From the human T2T-CHM13v2.0 reference genome, Homo sapiens: a stretch of 64,000 bases of DNA. Of this stretch, positions 1-15,262 are shown piece by piece (within the stretch, counting starts at the first letter, position 1; each line of letters begins with the position of its first letter). The stretch lies in assembly GCF_009914755.1 (NCBI RefSeq), contig NC_060946.1, one strand, 5' to 3'. A program made the translations under genes and the position numbers. The notes under the pieces are model-generated. The model saw only the letters and a list, made by a program, of their open reading frames with translations, did no database searches and was not told the origin of the DNA.

Positions 1-2638
1 AACGTGTGCATGCTGTCCAGTCCTGGGAGTGGGCGCCTCCAAGGAGGAGCAGAGGCAGGGAAGGAGCAGGAGCTGCCAGAGAACCCATAAGCTTACCTAG
101 TCCCAGAGGGGACAAGAGGCCAGCCAGGGGGTGCCCAGCAGCCCTGGGGGACAGTGGAAGGCATCTACACAGGGTGCAGGACAGGCAGGCCTCTCACAGA
201 GGTCCAGCCTAGCAAGGAGGATGGGGAGGCTGACGTCACAGCAGCAAGGAGGCACACAGTGACTCCACACAGTAACTCAGCCTGTCACCAGGTGACTAAA
301 CTTCATGCAGCCCTGGGAGGGCCCCGGGTGGGAGGTGTTGTGAGCCGGGGAATAGGGTTCCCACTTCCCAGGCTCAGTTCCTTCCAAAGGGTGCTGTCTG
401 CCCACGAGCCCCTCCAGTGAGCCCCAGGCTGGGTCCCTCTCTGGCTCTCCCTGTCCCTGTTCAGAACATCTGAACTCACAGCCAGTGTCCCAGAGATGGC
501 TCTGGAGGCGGTGGAGTAGTGGTGCCCCTGGCACTAGACCAGAACCCAGCCTAAGAGACCTCACCACACGCTGCTGTCAATGCTAAAGGTGTGTTCCGGG
601 AACATGGCCTGGGGCCCTGAGTGCAGACTGGTTCTGCTGCCCATCCAGAAACATTAGCACCCCAGGCCCAAGGAACCACCTGAACAGCCCAGAAAGGCAG
701 GGCCCAGAGAGGGCCTGAGCTGGCCCAAGCTCACACAGCCCAGCAGTGCAGGCTTGGCCACTTGGTAACTGCCCCAAGTTACTGCATGTTTCTGACCAGC
801 CCACCAAGAAGTCTGAGCCAGGAACAGCCGCGGGCCCAGCCCAGGGGACCTTGGACACTTCTGCCCATTCCCCTGCGGCCCTCATCTGCCAAGGATATGG
901 GCCAGAGTCTCCCTGAGTCATGGCTTCCTCCCCTGCTCCTGGGCCTGCTGTGCCTACAGTGCCGGAGAGCCCCTGCAGCCTCCACCTGAGGTTTATTCCG
1001 TGCCCATAACACCTACCCCACAATCATGCTTCCAGGCTGCCCCAGCTGACAGAAGGGGACATGAAGGCTGACCCAATATTGCTGCCTGCCTGGGTCACAT
1101 AGACCTGTCCTGTCATCCACTGCTCTCAAATGGGCTCTGGACAGAACCCACCAGACACGCAACTGTGAGATCCTCAATAGCCCTAGGGTGGAGGTGCTAT
1201 GACCAAGCCCTTACCCTGGCTATTCCTCCCCCTGAAGATCAGGGTGACTGGGAAGATGACAGGGCAGGAACCAAGGCCCCATGACCTGTCCCTGAAGGCT
1301 AGACAGCCAACAGGAACATCAGGGGATTTGGCCCTCCTAAGTGGCTGCATTCCATGGCAGTCAGCCATGAGGGGTCTAAAGTGGAGAGCCACAGGGCTCT
1401 GTCCCCTGCCCCGGCCTGCTCAGCAGTTTCCTCTCTGCCTGAGAGCATATAAGACAGGCAGGATTCACAGCAGCAGGTGGGCAGGAAGAAAGTCTGAGTG
1501 CGCAAAGGATGGCTCAGACCCCCGCAGCTGACCCCAAAAAGAAAACCCTGGGCTGGGGAAAGTAGGGAGACAGAGCTGCCTTTGATGGGGCACAGCCGAA
1601 GCCTGGCAGCAGCTGAGGATTCCAGAGAGGGGAGACAGGAGGGGAGGCACTTTATCAAAGGACATGTTAATAGAGGTAGGGCCTACAGAACGAAGGAGGC
1701 TTCTCCTCGCATGCTGAGTGTGTCACATTCTGTCCCAGTCAGCCCTCTACCCCCTGAATGCAGAGAGGGCACCTAGGGGGAAGTGGGTCTGGGGAAGCCA
1801 TGTCACCCAAGGAAAGACTGCAGGGGCTGGCCTAGAAGTCTTCTGCAGACCCCACAGCTCTTGTCCTGGGCACATAAGGTAGTGAGTTCCCTGTCCCCAG
1901 AAATGTGCCAGCCTCACTCACCCAGAGACACAGACTCTGGTGTCAGTATCACCCACTTCCAACACACGTGCAAGCACGTGCGCACACACACAACTGAGCC
2001 TAATCTAGGCTGAGCAGAGCAGCTTCCCAGGATGCAGCAGAGAGAGGAGTATGAGGAAGAGATAGACATGGCAGCCAGTCTGAAGTTTCCTGGTTAATCC
2101 TTCAACCCAGCTTGATGGCTTTGTCACCACAACCCCAGAGCCACAAGGGTGAAACCAGAGCACAGCCCCAACCCCATTCACAGGCAGGAAACTGAAGCTT
2201 AGACAAAAGGGATTTACCGAGGTCAGCTGGCCCCAGGAGGTCTGCAGACCTGTAGGTAAGCCCAGGACCCACCCATCCCTTACCCTGCCAGCCCCCAGCC
2301 TGGAGTCACTATCCCTGGGTACGAGAACGCACAGATCTCTGTGGCTTCTCCAGGCCTGTCTACATCCCTGGACTGGACGCTTACTACCCAGACCTGGAGT
2401 TGGAATCCATCTTCCACGCTGTCTACCCATGCGGTGCAGTGTTGAGAATTAGAAAAAACACCCCTTCAGTAAGATTTAATAACCACTACCTGCTGGAAAC
2501 CTGTTGAAAGAACTATATATATATCCCCATATATATAGCTGAGAGGTGGCAGGCACCCCCTGGAGTTGGGCAATGACCCCTTGCACAAATGGCCCTGCCC
2601 CACCCCAATCCACAGCCACAAACAGAACCCAGGAGTGA

Positions 2639-3066
<428 letters not shown>

Positions 3067-6000
3067 CACTCTTCCCTCTCAATTCCAAGAAGCCACGGCT
3101 CTCTCAAGGGCTTCTTCGAATAAGTCAGGTGACTCTGCCCCAGCCCTCCCTCACCCACCGGCATACCTCTCTCAAACCCACTTAGCCAAGAAACAGAGGC
3201 GCCCCCTAGCCCAGACGCAGTTGGATAGAGAACCCAGGGCTCTCCCCTTCTGTGGGATCCCTCTGCAGGATGTGCCCACGTGAGTTTCCCCCTTCACCCC
3301 GAAGTGCAACTCACTCCCACTGCACAGGTGCATAAACCGAGGCTCGGAGAGGAAGAGGAACTCCTCTAGAGCACAGCAAGCATACGGCAGAGCTGAGAAT
3401 GGAACTCAGGCCTCCAGACACTCCTGGGAGTCCCCTGGCCTGAGCTTCCCCACCTATGATGTCCAGCATCTCAGAGAGAGTGAGTGGCTCCTCCGGGTCA
3501 CACAGCGCTGGGCCACAGCCAGCTGCCCTCACTCACTGGCTCACCAGACTCTGGATCTGGTCGTCCAGCAGCACACTAAAACCAAGCTAAGATTCCCCGC
3601 TGTGACCCAGCTCCTCTCCTCCCCGCCTCCCCAGGCAGCATGGGGGCGGGCAGTGCGGTGCGGGGGAGGCATTAAAGGCACAAGAACTGCTGCAGGTGGG
3701 ACAATGGCTGGCTGCTGGTCCCATCCCTGGGGCTGTGTGATCTGGGACCGCTGCAGGTCTGAGTCCGGTGGGGTCTCAAACCCTGAATGAGAGACCTGAA
3801 CTCTGAAAGCCTCGGTGGGGCTGAATGAGGCTGGGTTTCAGCTGGAGGCAGATTAGACCAAAGGTTCCCTGGGAGATGGGGCCACAGAGCTGGGCTGCAG
3901 CCAGATGCCCACGCCAGGAGGGGCTGGAGATGTAAGCATCTGAGGCCCCACAAGGTCTGAGGAGCCTAGATCACCTCTACAACCCCAGGGCAGGGGATGC
4001 CTCTCCTAACAGGCCCTCTCCCCAGCTTGCAGGGCTACAGGTGGGGCTCTAGGAGCTGTCACTCCAAGGACCCTGGTCACCTGGACTGAAGGGAGTCACA
4101 TGATCCAGGAGGGTCCTTCCTCAACCCCCAATTTCAAGGGTCTGAGCAGACAGGCTGACAGAGGACCCCAGACAGTGGGAGCAGGGGGATGAGGCCCATC
4201 CATCCATCACGCCCTCACCTGCTCTGCCCCATTCAATGAGATGGGGTGGGTGCCCCCACAGCACTGGCAGGCCCAAGCCTCTCAGCCCTCAGATCGAGGT
4301 CCACACATGGTCTGCAGCCTGCCAGTATTGTCACTCTTAGCAAGGTGCATACTTACCTTCCTTCTTTCATTCCATCATTCATTCTCTCATCAAATCCTGG
4401 CCCCTCCAGATTCTTCTCTCAAGGAGCCCTGACCTGGCTGGGCATGAGACAGTATGGTCACCCCAGGGGGAAGAGCCCTACGGAAGGGGCAGACACCAGA
4501 ATAGGGGCCTTGGGAATCCAGCCGGAGGTGGGATTGGATTTGGGGAGGACCTGACAGGCAGAAGGAACCACCTGAGCCTGAAGGCCAGGAAATGGAGCCT
4601 TTTCCAGGAAGTGAGGGCTGCAGGGGACCTCTTGACCACCCTAGGCCCGTCCTGAGCCCCGAGGTGTCAAAGCTGGAAAAGGAGGTGGCCGAGCTAAGAC
4701 CTTCAAGGCCAGGCCAGTCTGGACTTTGAGAGCCCTGGGAGGCTGGTCAATGTGTCACCGGGCCCAGTAAACCATTAACCCTGGCTCACTCATTAAGACC
4801 CTGGTGGGTGTCCATTAGCTCCTTGGCCGGTTTCAGGAGCCGGGCAGAGGGTAGGGGTCATGGGAAGAAGGGAGTGCTGATTGGGGTGCTAGGTGGAGGC
4901 TGGCTGAGTTGGCTCTCTGTGTCCTTATTCCTTGAGGAGCGTTCCAGGGCCAAGCTGGCCTCCAGCCAGGGGCAGCTGCAAACACAGCCCGGGGCGGGTG
5001 CCGCCCCACCATCCTAGTGACTTTCATCTTCTTATCACTCCTGTGTACTGGCACCAGCAGCCCACAGTGCCTCGGGGGCCTCAGCCTGACAGGAGGCTCA
5101 AGGGGCCAGTCCAGTGCCTGGCTCAGCACCCAGCCACACTGCCCCTCTGAGAAATGGGCCCAATGTGGCCTCCAAAGCCTTGTCTGTTTCAACGGGCTGG
5201 GATCTGCCCCACCTCTGTATCTGGGAAAACAAGGCCCTGGTGGGGCAAGAAGGGAGCTCCTGGCATAGGAACCTGCAGGCTGAGAGGGGAAGGGACCTGC
5301 CCAAAGCCACTCGGCAAGACAGTGACCCATGACACCAGGAAGGCTGTGCAAACCACTTCCTGCAACTGGCGTCTCATTGCAGCCCCACCCCACTGTCAGG
5401 TCCAGGAAGCTGACCACAGGAATCACCCGGAAATCCTCGTGCCCTGAGTGGGCCATGGTGAAGGCCATGGCGGGGTGGGGTTGGGGGGCGCATGGGGGCA
5501 TGACATCCTGAACTGCAGTCATGAGGCTCACAATGAGCGAGCAATGCGGATGGGTCCAGATGCAAGCTGTGCCTGGCCCATACTCCAGAACCGCTGGAAC
5601 AACATCTCAGGGACCCCTGGGAGCCAGAAACCCAATATTATCTAGGACATTTTGTGTCTCCTGGTGTCCTGCACCAAGGAGACACTTGGTAAACTGGCTA
5701 AATAGAACTGACTTCAAATCCAAGCATCATAGCATTGGAGTCAATATTAGGATCACGGAATCTCAAGTGTTTGCCCTCTGATCTTCCAGCATCCCAGAAA
5801 GGTCAGCTTACATACCTTCCCCAATGGGGAGCTCACTACCTCCAAAGATAGTGGGACTGTGTTTGGTTGGCGAGTTCTTCCCAACATTAAGCGCCAATTT
5901 GCCTCTTTGTAACACCTGCTGCAGGTGGGCCTGGCCTCAGATCCTGCCCACTGTCAAAGGCCACAGAGCAGAGAAACAGGGGCCACCCCAGATCCTGTAC

Positions 6001-7931
6001 CTGGCCACAAATTCTCTGAGCCACAAAGACCACACTGAAGGAATGGGAGGAAGACTTCAGCTCAATGGAAGGGCTGGTGCCACTCAGCTTGACGGAGGGA
6101 GGTCAGCACAGGCCAACTGTGGGCATGGGCAGAGCTCCTGTGCCCCCAGAGCCTGGCCAACACCCCCAGTGCCATTTGCAGCATTTGTTATTCCAGCACC
6201 CACCTGTGATGTGAGGACACAGACTGAAGCATGGCCAAGTGCGTGGGCCCTTCAGAATTGTCAGCTTGTGAATGCCTGGGAGCACCCAGCAGCAGGGCTG
6301 GCCTGGCACTTGATGGAACAAGTCCAACTCCCAAACTCAGAGGCAGGATGGCAGAGGCATGGGCCCTAGAGTCCCTGGGTTCAAACTCAACCCCAGCCAC
6401 TGATAGTGTGGGTATCACAGCAGCCTTTCCCTTCCTGGCCTCAGTCTCCTACCTAGAGAGCAGGGATAACTAGAACAGTTACTAGGTGGATTCCCTGAGA
6501 CGGCCACGCACAGACTGTAGGGAGCATCTGCTACTTTCAAGACCTCACAGGGTCTCGCCAGGCTCTGACACCAGGCCTGTAGGAGCTTCTCACCTTTCCT
6601 GATGAGCAGCTCAGAGCAGGGGCCCAAAGGGTACCCCTCCTGGCCGCCCTGTCCTCCCTGACCAGGCACCCTCCACAGGTAGTATTTATCACATCACCTG
6701 GTAATTATCTGCAGTGTCTGAAAGCTCCAAGGAGGGGTTGGGGGTGCAGGAAGACTGTCCATGCCTCAGCCCCGACACTATCCCACGTCCTGGTCTCCAG
6801 GAAAGCCAACCCGAACCCGCTCATGTCTCAAGGCCTCCCTGGTGACATGCCCAAGCACACCTGTTCACACACAGCCCCGTGACTTCACTGATGCCAAAAC
6901 TGCGCAGCACTTTCCACGCACGCCATGCTCTCATCTGGACTTTTGGGGACCTCCCCCTGCCTCATAGCAGCACCTTCCCGACCTCCCTTGCTTCTTGGAT
7001 ACTGGGCTCAGGAATGTTCTCACTGACGAGTCTGCGCCCTGCTGGCTTATGTTTCAGACACACCAGATGGACGTGCCCAAGCCTGAGCTAAGCAGCTGCC
7101 TCCCCAGACCTCCTACCACCAGGGCAGCCAGAGTCTAGCCCTGGGCAGCTGCCCCTGCATCCTCACTGGGCCTGTCCAGCTGCTCCCACCTCTATACCCC
7201 ACTCCCAGCCTCACCTGATCCCCAGTCCCCACAGGCCACCCCTCTCACCTGGAGACTCCCAATCACAGGTCCCAGCCCCTCTGCTGTTTCCCTACTGCAG
7301 CCCTGGCAATCGGCATGCAAATCTGAGCACACCCCTCCCCCACTGGAAAAAAAACACTCCAGAGGTCCCCCTTGTCCTACCTTGCTGGCACCCGTCCTTT
7401 CCTCCTTTTTTTTTTTGGAGTGGGGCAGCTGGATATGAACCGTCCTTTCCCCTTGCTCCTTCCCGGTCTTTGGGACTTTGCACTGACTCCATTATCATGG
7501 AGACACTCTTCAGACACCAATCACAATGCCACCTCCTCCTGAAGCCCTCCGGCACTGCATCTCACTCTGCAGGCCGGCTGCGACTGCTGCCTCCTCCACA
7601 GTATCCACAGTGCACAACAATCTTCACTGAATGGATGGATGCCAGCTGTCAGGTGGCTAGCTGTTTTTACTAAAATGCATCTTCTAGGACTTTACACTGA
7701 ATCTACCTAGCCACCTGACAGCTGGCATCTCTAATCTTGTAATCCCAGCACTAAGGGAGGACGAGGTGGGTGGATCACTTGAGACCAGGAGTTTAAGACC
7801 AGCCTGGGCAACATAGTAAGACCCTGTCTTTAATTTTTTAATTATATATATTTTTTTACAAGGCCAAAGAGGACAAGGTTTGGGGAGCTTCATGTGGAGG
7901 CCGACAGGAAGGTGAATAAGAACTCATCCAA

Positions 7932-8208
7932 GGCCAGGCGCAGTGGCTCATGCCTATAATCCCAGCACTTCCAGAGGGCGAGGTGGGTGAATGGCTTGAA
8001 CCCAGGAGTTCACCACCGGCCTGGGCAATATAGAGAGACCCCATCTCTACAAAAAAAAAAAAAAATTAGCTGGGTATGGTGGCATATGCCTGTGGTCCCA
8101 GCTACTTGGGAGGCTGAGGGGGACGATCACTTGAGCATGGGAGGCAGAGGCTGCAGTGAGCTGAGATAGTGCCACTGTACTCCAGCCTGGGCAACAACAA
8201 AAAAACCC
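7932..8208 (+). mobile_element. Alu (J-type)
   Basis: ggccaggcgcagtggctca...ccagcctgggcaac. Confidence 0.9.
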
Positions 8209-8397
8209 AACTCATCCATGTGTCCAACTCCATTAGGACAGAAACTTCTGTACTTGGGAGTCTTCCAGTCTTTGCCTTATATTATCTCTTCATCTGACTG
8301 TTTATTTGTAGCCTTTATTTATTTTATCTTTTTTTTTGTGATCCGCCCGCCTCGGCTTCCCAAAGTGCTGGGATTACAGGCGTGAGCCACCATATAC

Positions 8398-8630
8398 CAC
8401 GTTCTCACTTCAAGTGGGAGCTAAGCACTGGGTACACATGGACATCAAGATGGAACAATAGACACTGGGGACAACCGCAGGGGCTGAGAGGGAGAGGGGC
8501 AAGTGCTGAAAACCTACATATTGGGTCCTATCTGGGTGCAGGGGATCATTCATACCCCAAACCTTAGCACTGCACAATATACCCACATAACAAACCTGCA
8601 CATGTACCCCTTGAATCTAAAGTGAAAGTT
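8398..8630 (+). mobile_element. LINE-1 3' end fragment
   Basis: gttctcacttcaagtgggagctaag...aacctgcacatgtaccccttgaatctaaa. Confidence 0.8.
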
Positions 8631-10062
8631 TTTTTTAAATCTCATGGGATTCTTTGGAGGAATTAAAAGAGGTTGAGTCCATCCATGCCCCATTCAAAAT
8701 CCAGGAGTGGCTTACAAATGCTCTGGTTTTAGAGCTTCAATATGAGTTTTGTGATACAACACAAACAGGCAGAAGGGAACTGTATTCAATATACTTGAAA
8801 CGAACCATTGCATATAAAATAAAACGATACCATTTGTGGCCAGGCATGGTGGCTCACATCTGTAATCTCAGCAGCACTTTGGGAGGCTGAGGAGTCCGGT
8901 GGATCATTTGAGGTCGGGAGTTTACATTCCCACCAACAGTGTTTGAGGGCTCCCCTTTCCCCACATCCTCACCAGTGTTCATTATTGCCTGTCTTTTTGA
9001 CAAAGGCCTATTTTAACTGGGGTGAGATCTCATTGTGGTTTTGATTTGTGTTTCTCTGATGATTAGTGACACTGACACACCACTGTGCCCTCGGCTGGCC
9101 TTAGTTCACTTATACATCTAACATTCACATGACTAAAATAGTCCCCATGAAGCCAATAGTGCCATTGGTATCACGTAGAAGGATACAAGACACGAAACAC
9201 CGTGTGCCAGCAGATGTATCCTGCCTGTGTCTTTAGCAGGAATCCTCACGGCTGTCCACACTTCAGGCCAGGAGCTATTCTCTGGATCCTGCTCCCCAAG
9301 TGACACCTCACGTGCAAAGCAACAAGGTCACATGGGTGGGCACAGGGCTACCAAGCTTAGAAGCCTGTGTCCCAAAAAGACACTGAGATTTCTTTTAACA
9401 GTCCCATGGTCAAAGTTTTCAAGGGTCCCAGCAACGGACATGCCTAGTTACAAACACCACTGCGCTCAGGGAAACCCAAAGTATGGTTTACCTCTTGATT
9501 TTTTCTCCAAAGCCAGCCACGAAAAAGTTGACCACAGACTTCAAAACATTTCTAACAATAGCAAAGTCCAATTGATGGCAGACTTCAAAAATTGCAAATA
9601 CTCTTCTCTAACTCGAGATGCCCCCATTGTTTTACAATTCATTCATAGCTCTCCCAATTCAGATAATGATGACCAACTCTGGGCCATTTTTATTTGTAGT
9701 CTGGTAACCCAACACAGATGACATTCCACCTTTTCCAGGTTTCCAAGGGAACTGACTCAGAAAGTTAACCCAAGTTCATATTCATTTCTAGAGAAAGATA
9801 AAAAAAGTTTTCTAACTTTATTCATGCATACGCAATACAAGGATCCGTGGAATTTCTGAGAGACCTTCAACCTCACTGCCAAATTTTCAAGAGCTGTGAC
9901 AAACCTTAATGTCAAAGAAAGACTGCTTTCATAGCAGCAGAACTGCCATCACATCTCTCAGCTGGATCTGCCACGGGCTTTTTTTTATGTCGTATCAACT
10001 GCTTCCCCATGTCTCTGAGTTGTTGAAAGTATCACAGCGGCAAACACATTTTTCTTTCTCAC

Positions 10063-10407
<345 letters not shown>

Positions 10408-11089
10408 TGAACCTGCCCCGGGGCCCCTGATGGTGCTCATGGGTAGAGCAGGGTGATCCCCAGGTCCCACGATGGCATGGGACCTGATGCTGGCATCAGG
10501 TGGTCTGGCCTGTTGTTAGGCCCCCTGCTGGTGCAAGCACATGCCAGAAGTGGAAGGCAGGGCAGGTCTATACCCAGGTCCCTGGGTGAAGTACTTGGGT
10601 ACTTGTGGGGTGGGGGTTCTCTGGGAGGGGTCAGCCTGTCCTTAGGCCCTGTGGGAGCCTGCATGGACACAGGTTGTGGTTGGTGGGCTGGGGTGATCCC
10701 CAGGCCCCTGAATGTCATCCTTGGGGACCAGGGGCAGGTGGGCTGGGTCTGTTGGCAGTCCTCCCTATGGTATGTGTCTGTGCCCATGGCAAGAGGTGGG
10801 CAGAGCAATTTCCAGGCTCCCAGGTGGCTTGCTTGGGTGGCAGTGGTGGTGACTGGTTGTGAGTGGGTTGAGTCTGCATTCAACAGTCAACTCAGAAACC
10901 CCAGACACCATTTTCCATGCCAACTGGCCTGTCCACCACTCAGAAAGGCCCTGGACACTGTGCCATGTGGCTGGCCCCGCATTGGGCCAGGCTTCCATGG
11001 GAGGCAGGAGGTCTGGGCCCTGCCCTGGGGAGGGAGAAGAATGGGACACAGGCAGTGGTCATTGAGCGGAAGAGACAGAATGAGCACAG

Positions 11090-11705
11090 GATGCTGTGAG
11101 GCGGTAAGTATAAGGAATCATGGAGCTGAAGGTGTTCATCTGACATATACCAGAAACTAACATAAGGTAGGAAAATACACAAAACCAACTAATCCAACAA
11201 AACTTGGGCAAAGAACTGATAGACATTTCTGAAAAGAAGGCAGGAAATGAACAGGTAAAAAAAAAAAGCTTGCCCACATCACTAATCATCACAAAAATTT
11301 AAATCAAATCACACTAAGACAGTGTCCCCATCCACATAAAATGAATGTTGCCAAAAGCAAAAACAGAATTTTTAAAACGCAATCACAAGTGTAAATTTAC
11401 AGAGAGGGAAACTCTTAGACACTACTGGTGGGAATGTAAATGGGTGTACACACTATGAGCAATAGTTGGCAGTTCCTCCTCAAACTAAAAATACAATTAC
11501 TATGTCATCTAGCAATCTCATCACTGGGAAATACAAAGTACATGGATGTATTATGCTCCCTGATTACAAATGACATAGAAGAGCTATAGTGGTCCAAACA
11601 ATACGGTATTGACATTAACACAAAAATACAGAACAAGACACAACGAGGGAACCAAATACCAAACCCAAATTCATATATGATGGACACATTTTTAACAAAT
11701 ATACC
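11090..11705 (+). mobile_element. Old LINE-1 fragment
   Basis: tgggcaaagaactgatagacatttctgaaaaga; ggtgggaatgtaaatggg. Confidence 0.7.
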
Positions 11706-14700
11706 CAGGGGATGGGAGACCCCGGGCTGCCTTCGGTTGGGGCTGCAGAAGTGTCCTGGGGGGACCTGCAGCCACCTCTCACCTGGGCTCTGGATGGTTT
11801 CTACTCCATGAGGATTTCCAGAGTTTCCCCTCAGCCACCCTCAGAGTCAGGGGGGCTTCCACGGGGCTGCAACCATCTGTCCCAGTCTTTCCTGTCTCTA
11901 TGACACACCGTGTGACCTGTGTACACTGCGAGATGTAGGTGCGTGCACTGAAACCGTACAGTTAAGATGACCTACAACTGATGCTACTCTAAGTCTTCCA
12001 GAGATTTTTCAGATATCCCCAGAGTAAACCAAACTAGTGATATCCCATGGTTTTGCAAACCAGAACCAACAACTGCACAGAAACAGCTCCTTATGCGCCA
12101 TCAGACACTCTCCAGACCTGCCCCTCACTCACAAATGTAACAAAGCAGCATGAACCCAGGCAGTCTTCACTCCTCAGGGCCACATAACAACCTCTATCGG
12201 TCAGGAAGCCTTTGATCTGGGCCAGGCTGCCGACACACAGGGGTTAATTGTGCCTCTCATGCTGAGTGTTGTTTCTCCTCACTGGACTAACCCCCACCCT
12301 TCCACCAAGAAGGGCCCCCAGGGAAACTGCTGTTTGACATCCAGGAGCCCATGTGGAATGTTCCAGCAACCTGGATGGCTTTGGCCACCTCTAATACCAG
12401 CCTTTCCCTCTGTGGGGCTCCCTTCCTGGCTCTTGCTCATGCAAGTCAATCTAAAGTGGCTGAGATGTCCTGCTCCCTCACCCTCCTGGGTCACCCTGAT
12501 GGCATAGGCAGGTGTCTGCATTCAAGAACGAGTTACCCACAGGCCAACTTCCCTGGTGTGGGGGACAATGCCTGGGGCCTCCAAACAGCCAGCCCCAGGT
12601 AAACAATCCAGCTCTGACACAGCTCAAAGACTGTGTGGCGTACCTGGAGAGACTCTCTGGTCCTGTGCCCTCTTCTGGCTCACTGGATTCTTAGGATTAT
12701 TGAGAGACTGGGCTTAAAGCTCTCAGCCTAGGGCCCACAATGCCACAGGGAATCAAATCAGCATGACCAGGGATCGAAGACCTCTCTTTGGCTGGGAATG
12801 GGGAATCAGGGTTGCAGAGACAAGGGGCACAGAGAGATGCCTGTGCCATCAGAGAAGGGACTGGGGATCTGGTCCACTCTGGGCTCCTCAACCTGAGCGT
12901 GAGGCCTTGCTGTGCCATGAGCTCACCTGCCCCTTGGGAGTCCACTGTGACTGCAGTCCAGTGGGGTCAATGTCCACACTGATGCCGGAAAGAAGTCCTG
13001 GGAGATGCGGAGGGCATCCTGTAGCGGCAGGCAGTCTGGGTGGTCCACGGGTGTGAGCTTCAGCAGGTCCTGGGAAGGGATGAGGTGGTGAATTGGGGGC
13101 CGTGTTTTTGGGGTTCGATGAGAAGCTCCTGGGGGAATGCTCAGTCCTCACCAAAAGAATTCAAAGGGCAGGTACTCAGGGACCCACACTCGTGCCTGCA
13201 AAATCTGAACTGAAAATTAGAATCGGAGCAGCAGGGTTGATTCTAAAAGGGGCTGGGCTCGCTTTTCTCCCTGCTGCAGTCATTACTCGTTTCCCCTGGC
13301 AGAGGCAGCCGGGTGGAGGCTCATCTCTTCAAGCAGCTGGGAGAGACACCCCACTACCCACCCTGCAGCTGCTCCAAGGATACTGGAGACAAAAAGACAG
13401 GGGCTGGGGAAGCAAGATGTTCCTGCCTCCACCAAGACAGCAATTGGCCAAATGCCCTGACCCTGCTGGCATGGTTACCGCAGGCCAGGCAGGCATATTC
13501 AGGGCTCAGGATCCCTCTGCCTGACTTTTCAAATGGGCTGTTCTCAGTGACTCTGGCCCCCTCCCACCCTGGGCTCACTCTTGAGAAACTCCTAAGCCTT
13601 CTCTGGCCCTTCAGGGGCCTTAACGCTTATGTGTAGGACCAGGATGCTCTGAGTGACCTACTTGGTCAATGGGCTGCTACAGCAGAGCTGTTGGGGAAGG
13701 CAGAGAGAAAAAGGACAATGACAGACAAAGAACCACTCAACACCTCAGAGACCAGCTTTGTCCCCCACCCAACCGCCTTGCTCCCCACATGAACACCTGC
13801 TTGCAGGAAGCCAAAGTGGGTCCACAGCAGCCCACCTCTGTTCTCACTCCCAGGGCAGAAAAAGCAGCAAGAACAGGTGACACACAGCCCCGGTGACCCT
13901 GTCCCCTCCCTACCCGTGCCTACTCTCCCATCAAACCTGGCTTCGAGGGCTGCCCGCCAGTCCTGTCCAGGCCTTATCTGGCTCAGAGCAGATGATCCCC
14001 TGCACCTCCCACCCTGAATCACACAGCTACACCCAGCACATGCTACAGAGGCCCAGCACACTCTGGATCACATCCAGAAACTCCACAATAGGGGAGGAGA
14101 CATGCTGTTTCCCAGGAAGGGCAGCTCCCCAGACTTGGTCATTCTCAGACTCCTCCAGTCAAAGGCCGGGCACAGCCAGCTGGGATCGCCATGCTTCACT
14201 CTGACCTACACGACTGGCCTTGCCTCCTCTATGGGAAGAGACCCCTCGGCACAACCTCAAACCGAGACATAACAGGACAGGACAGGCTGGATGCTAGAGA
14301 GGCCAGCCAGATCTCCACACAAAGGCTCTGCTCTTAAGCAGGAGGTAGCCTGAGGGTCAAAGGTTTCCTGAAGCAACTCAGGTGAGACCTCACATACAAG
14401 AGCCCCAAAGAGGCTGCAAAAGCACCAGCTCAGCCAGCCAAGAACCCAGGTGTCACACCCTTCTCAGACCACTGAGGATCGCTGGGATTCAGCAGGAAAA
14501 GGTGGACATGACAGCTGATGGACCAATACTTCCCAACACCCTTCCAGCAAGCAGCTGTGCCCCGCCCCTCCCCACATGAGTCACTCAACTTCAGTCCTGC
14601 ACATGGATGCCTTTGACCATGGGGTCATGGCTTTGGTCTCCTGCCATAGGGGCAGTGAGAGGCAGAATGGTGGTCTGGGAAGGAGGATCCTAGACTGGGT

Positions 14701-14948
14701 GTCCCACAAGACCAGGCTGTGACAGATCCCAGAGCCAATACTCATGCGCCAGCCAGTCCCCAAACCCAACAGCTACCCAAAGCCCAGGATATAAATAGCC
14801 TGTGCACTGCTAAGCAGATACTTCAGGGAATGATCTGCTGGCTGTGAAGAAGATGCGGCCTCAGTAGGGTTCCACGAGCCTTCTGCCAGCAAAATCTTCT
14901 TTGCTTGGATGCCCATTAGAAACACTAAGGGAGCTCTTCAAAGAAACA

Positions 14949-15262
14949 GGCCAGACATGGTGGCTCACATCTGTCAACTCAGCATTGTGGGAGGCTGAGG
15001 CAGGAGGACAGCTTGAGGCTAGGACTTTTAAGACCAGCCTGGGTGGAACAGTGAGACCCCACCTCTACAAAAAACACAAAAATTAGCATGGCATGGTGGT
15101 GCATGCCCATAGTCCCAGCTACTTGAGAGGCAGAGAAGGGAGGATTCCTTGAGCCTGGGAGATCAAGGGTGCAGTGCCCATGATCATGCCACTGCACTAT
15201 AGCCTGGGCAACACTGCAAAGTCCCGCTTTCAAAAAAGAAACAAACAAAACAAAACAAAACC
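14949..15262 (+). mobile_element. Alu (J-type)
   Basis: Full dimer with A-rich tail. Confidence 0.9.

Noticed and set aside
4833-5531. 232-aa minus-strand ORF
   Set aside because: No recognisable domain or exon structure; expected by chance in GC-rich DNA.
9227-10040. AT-richer non-Alu block with a 164-aa ORF
   Set aside because: Could not assign it to a gene or transposon; needs BLAST/RepeatMasker.
10437-11160. 235-aa ORF and overlapping ORFs
   Set aside because: Low-complexity G/W-rich translation; the sequence resembles degenerate old L1 5' region next to L1 fragments.
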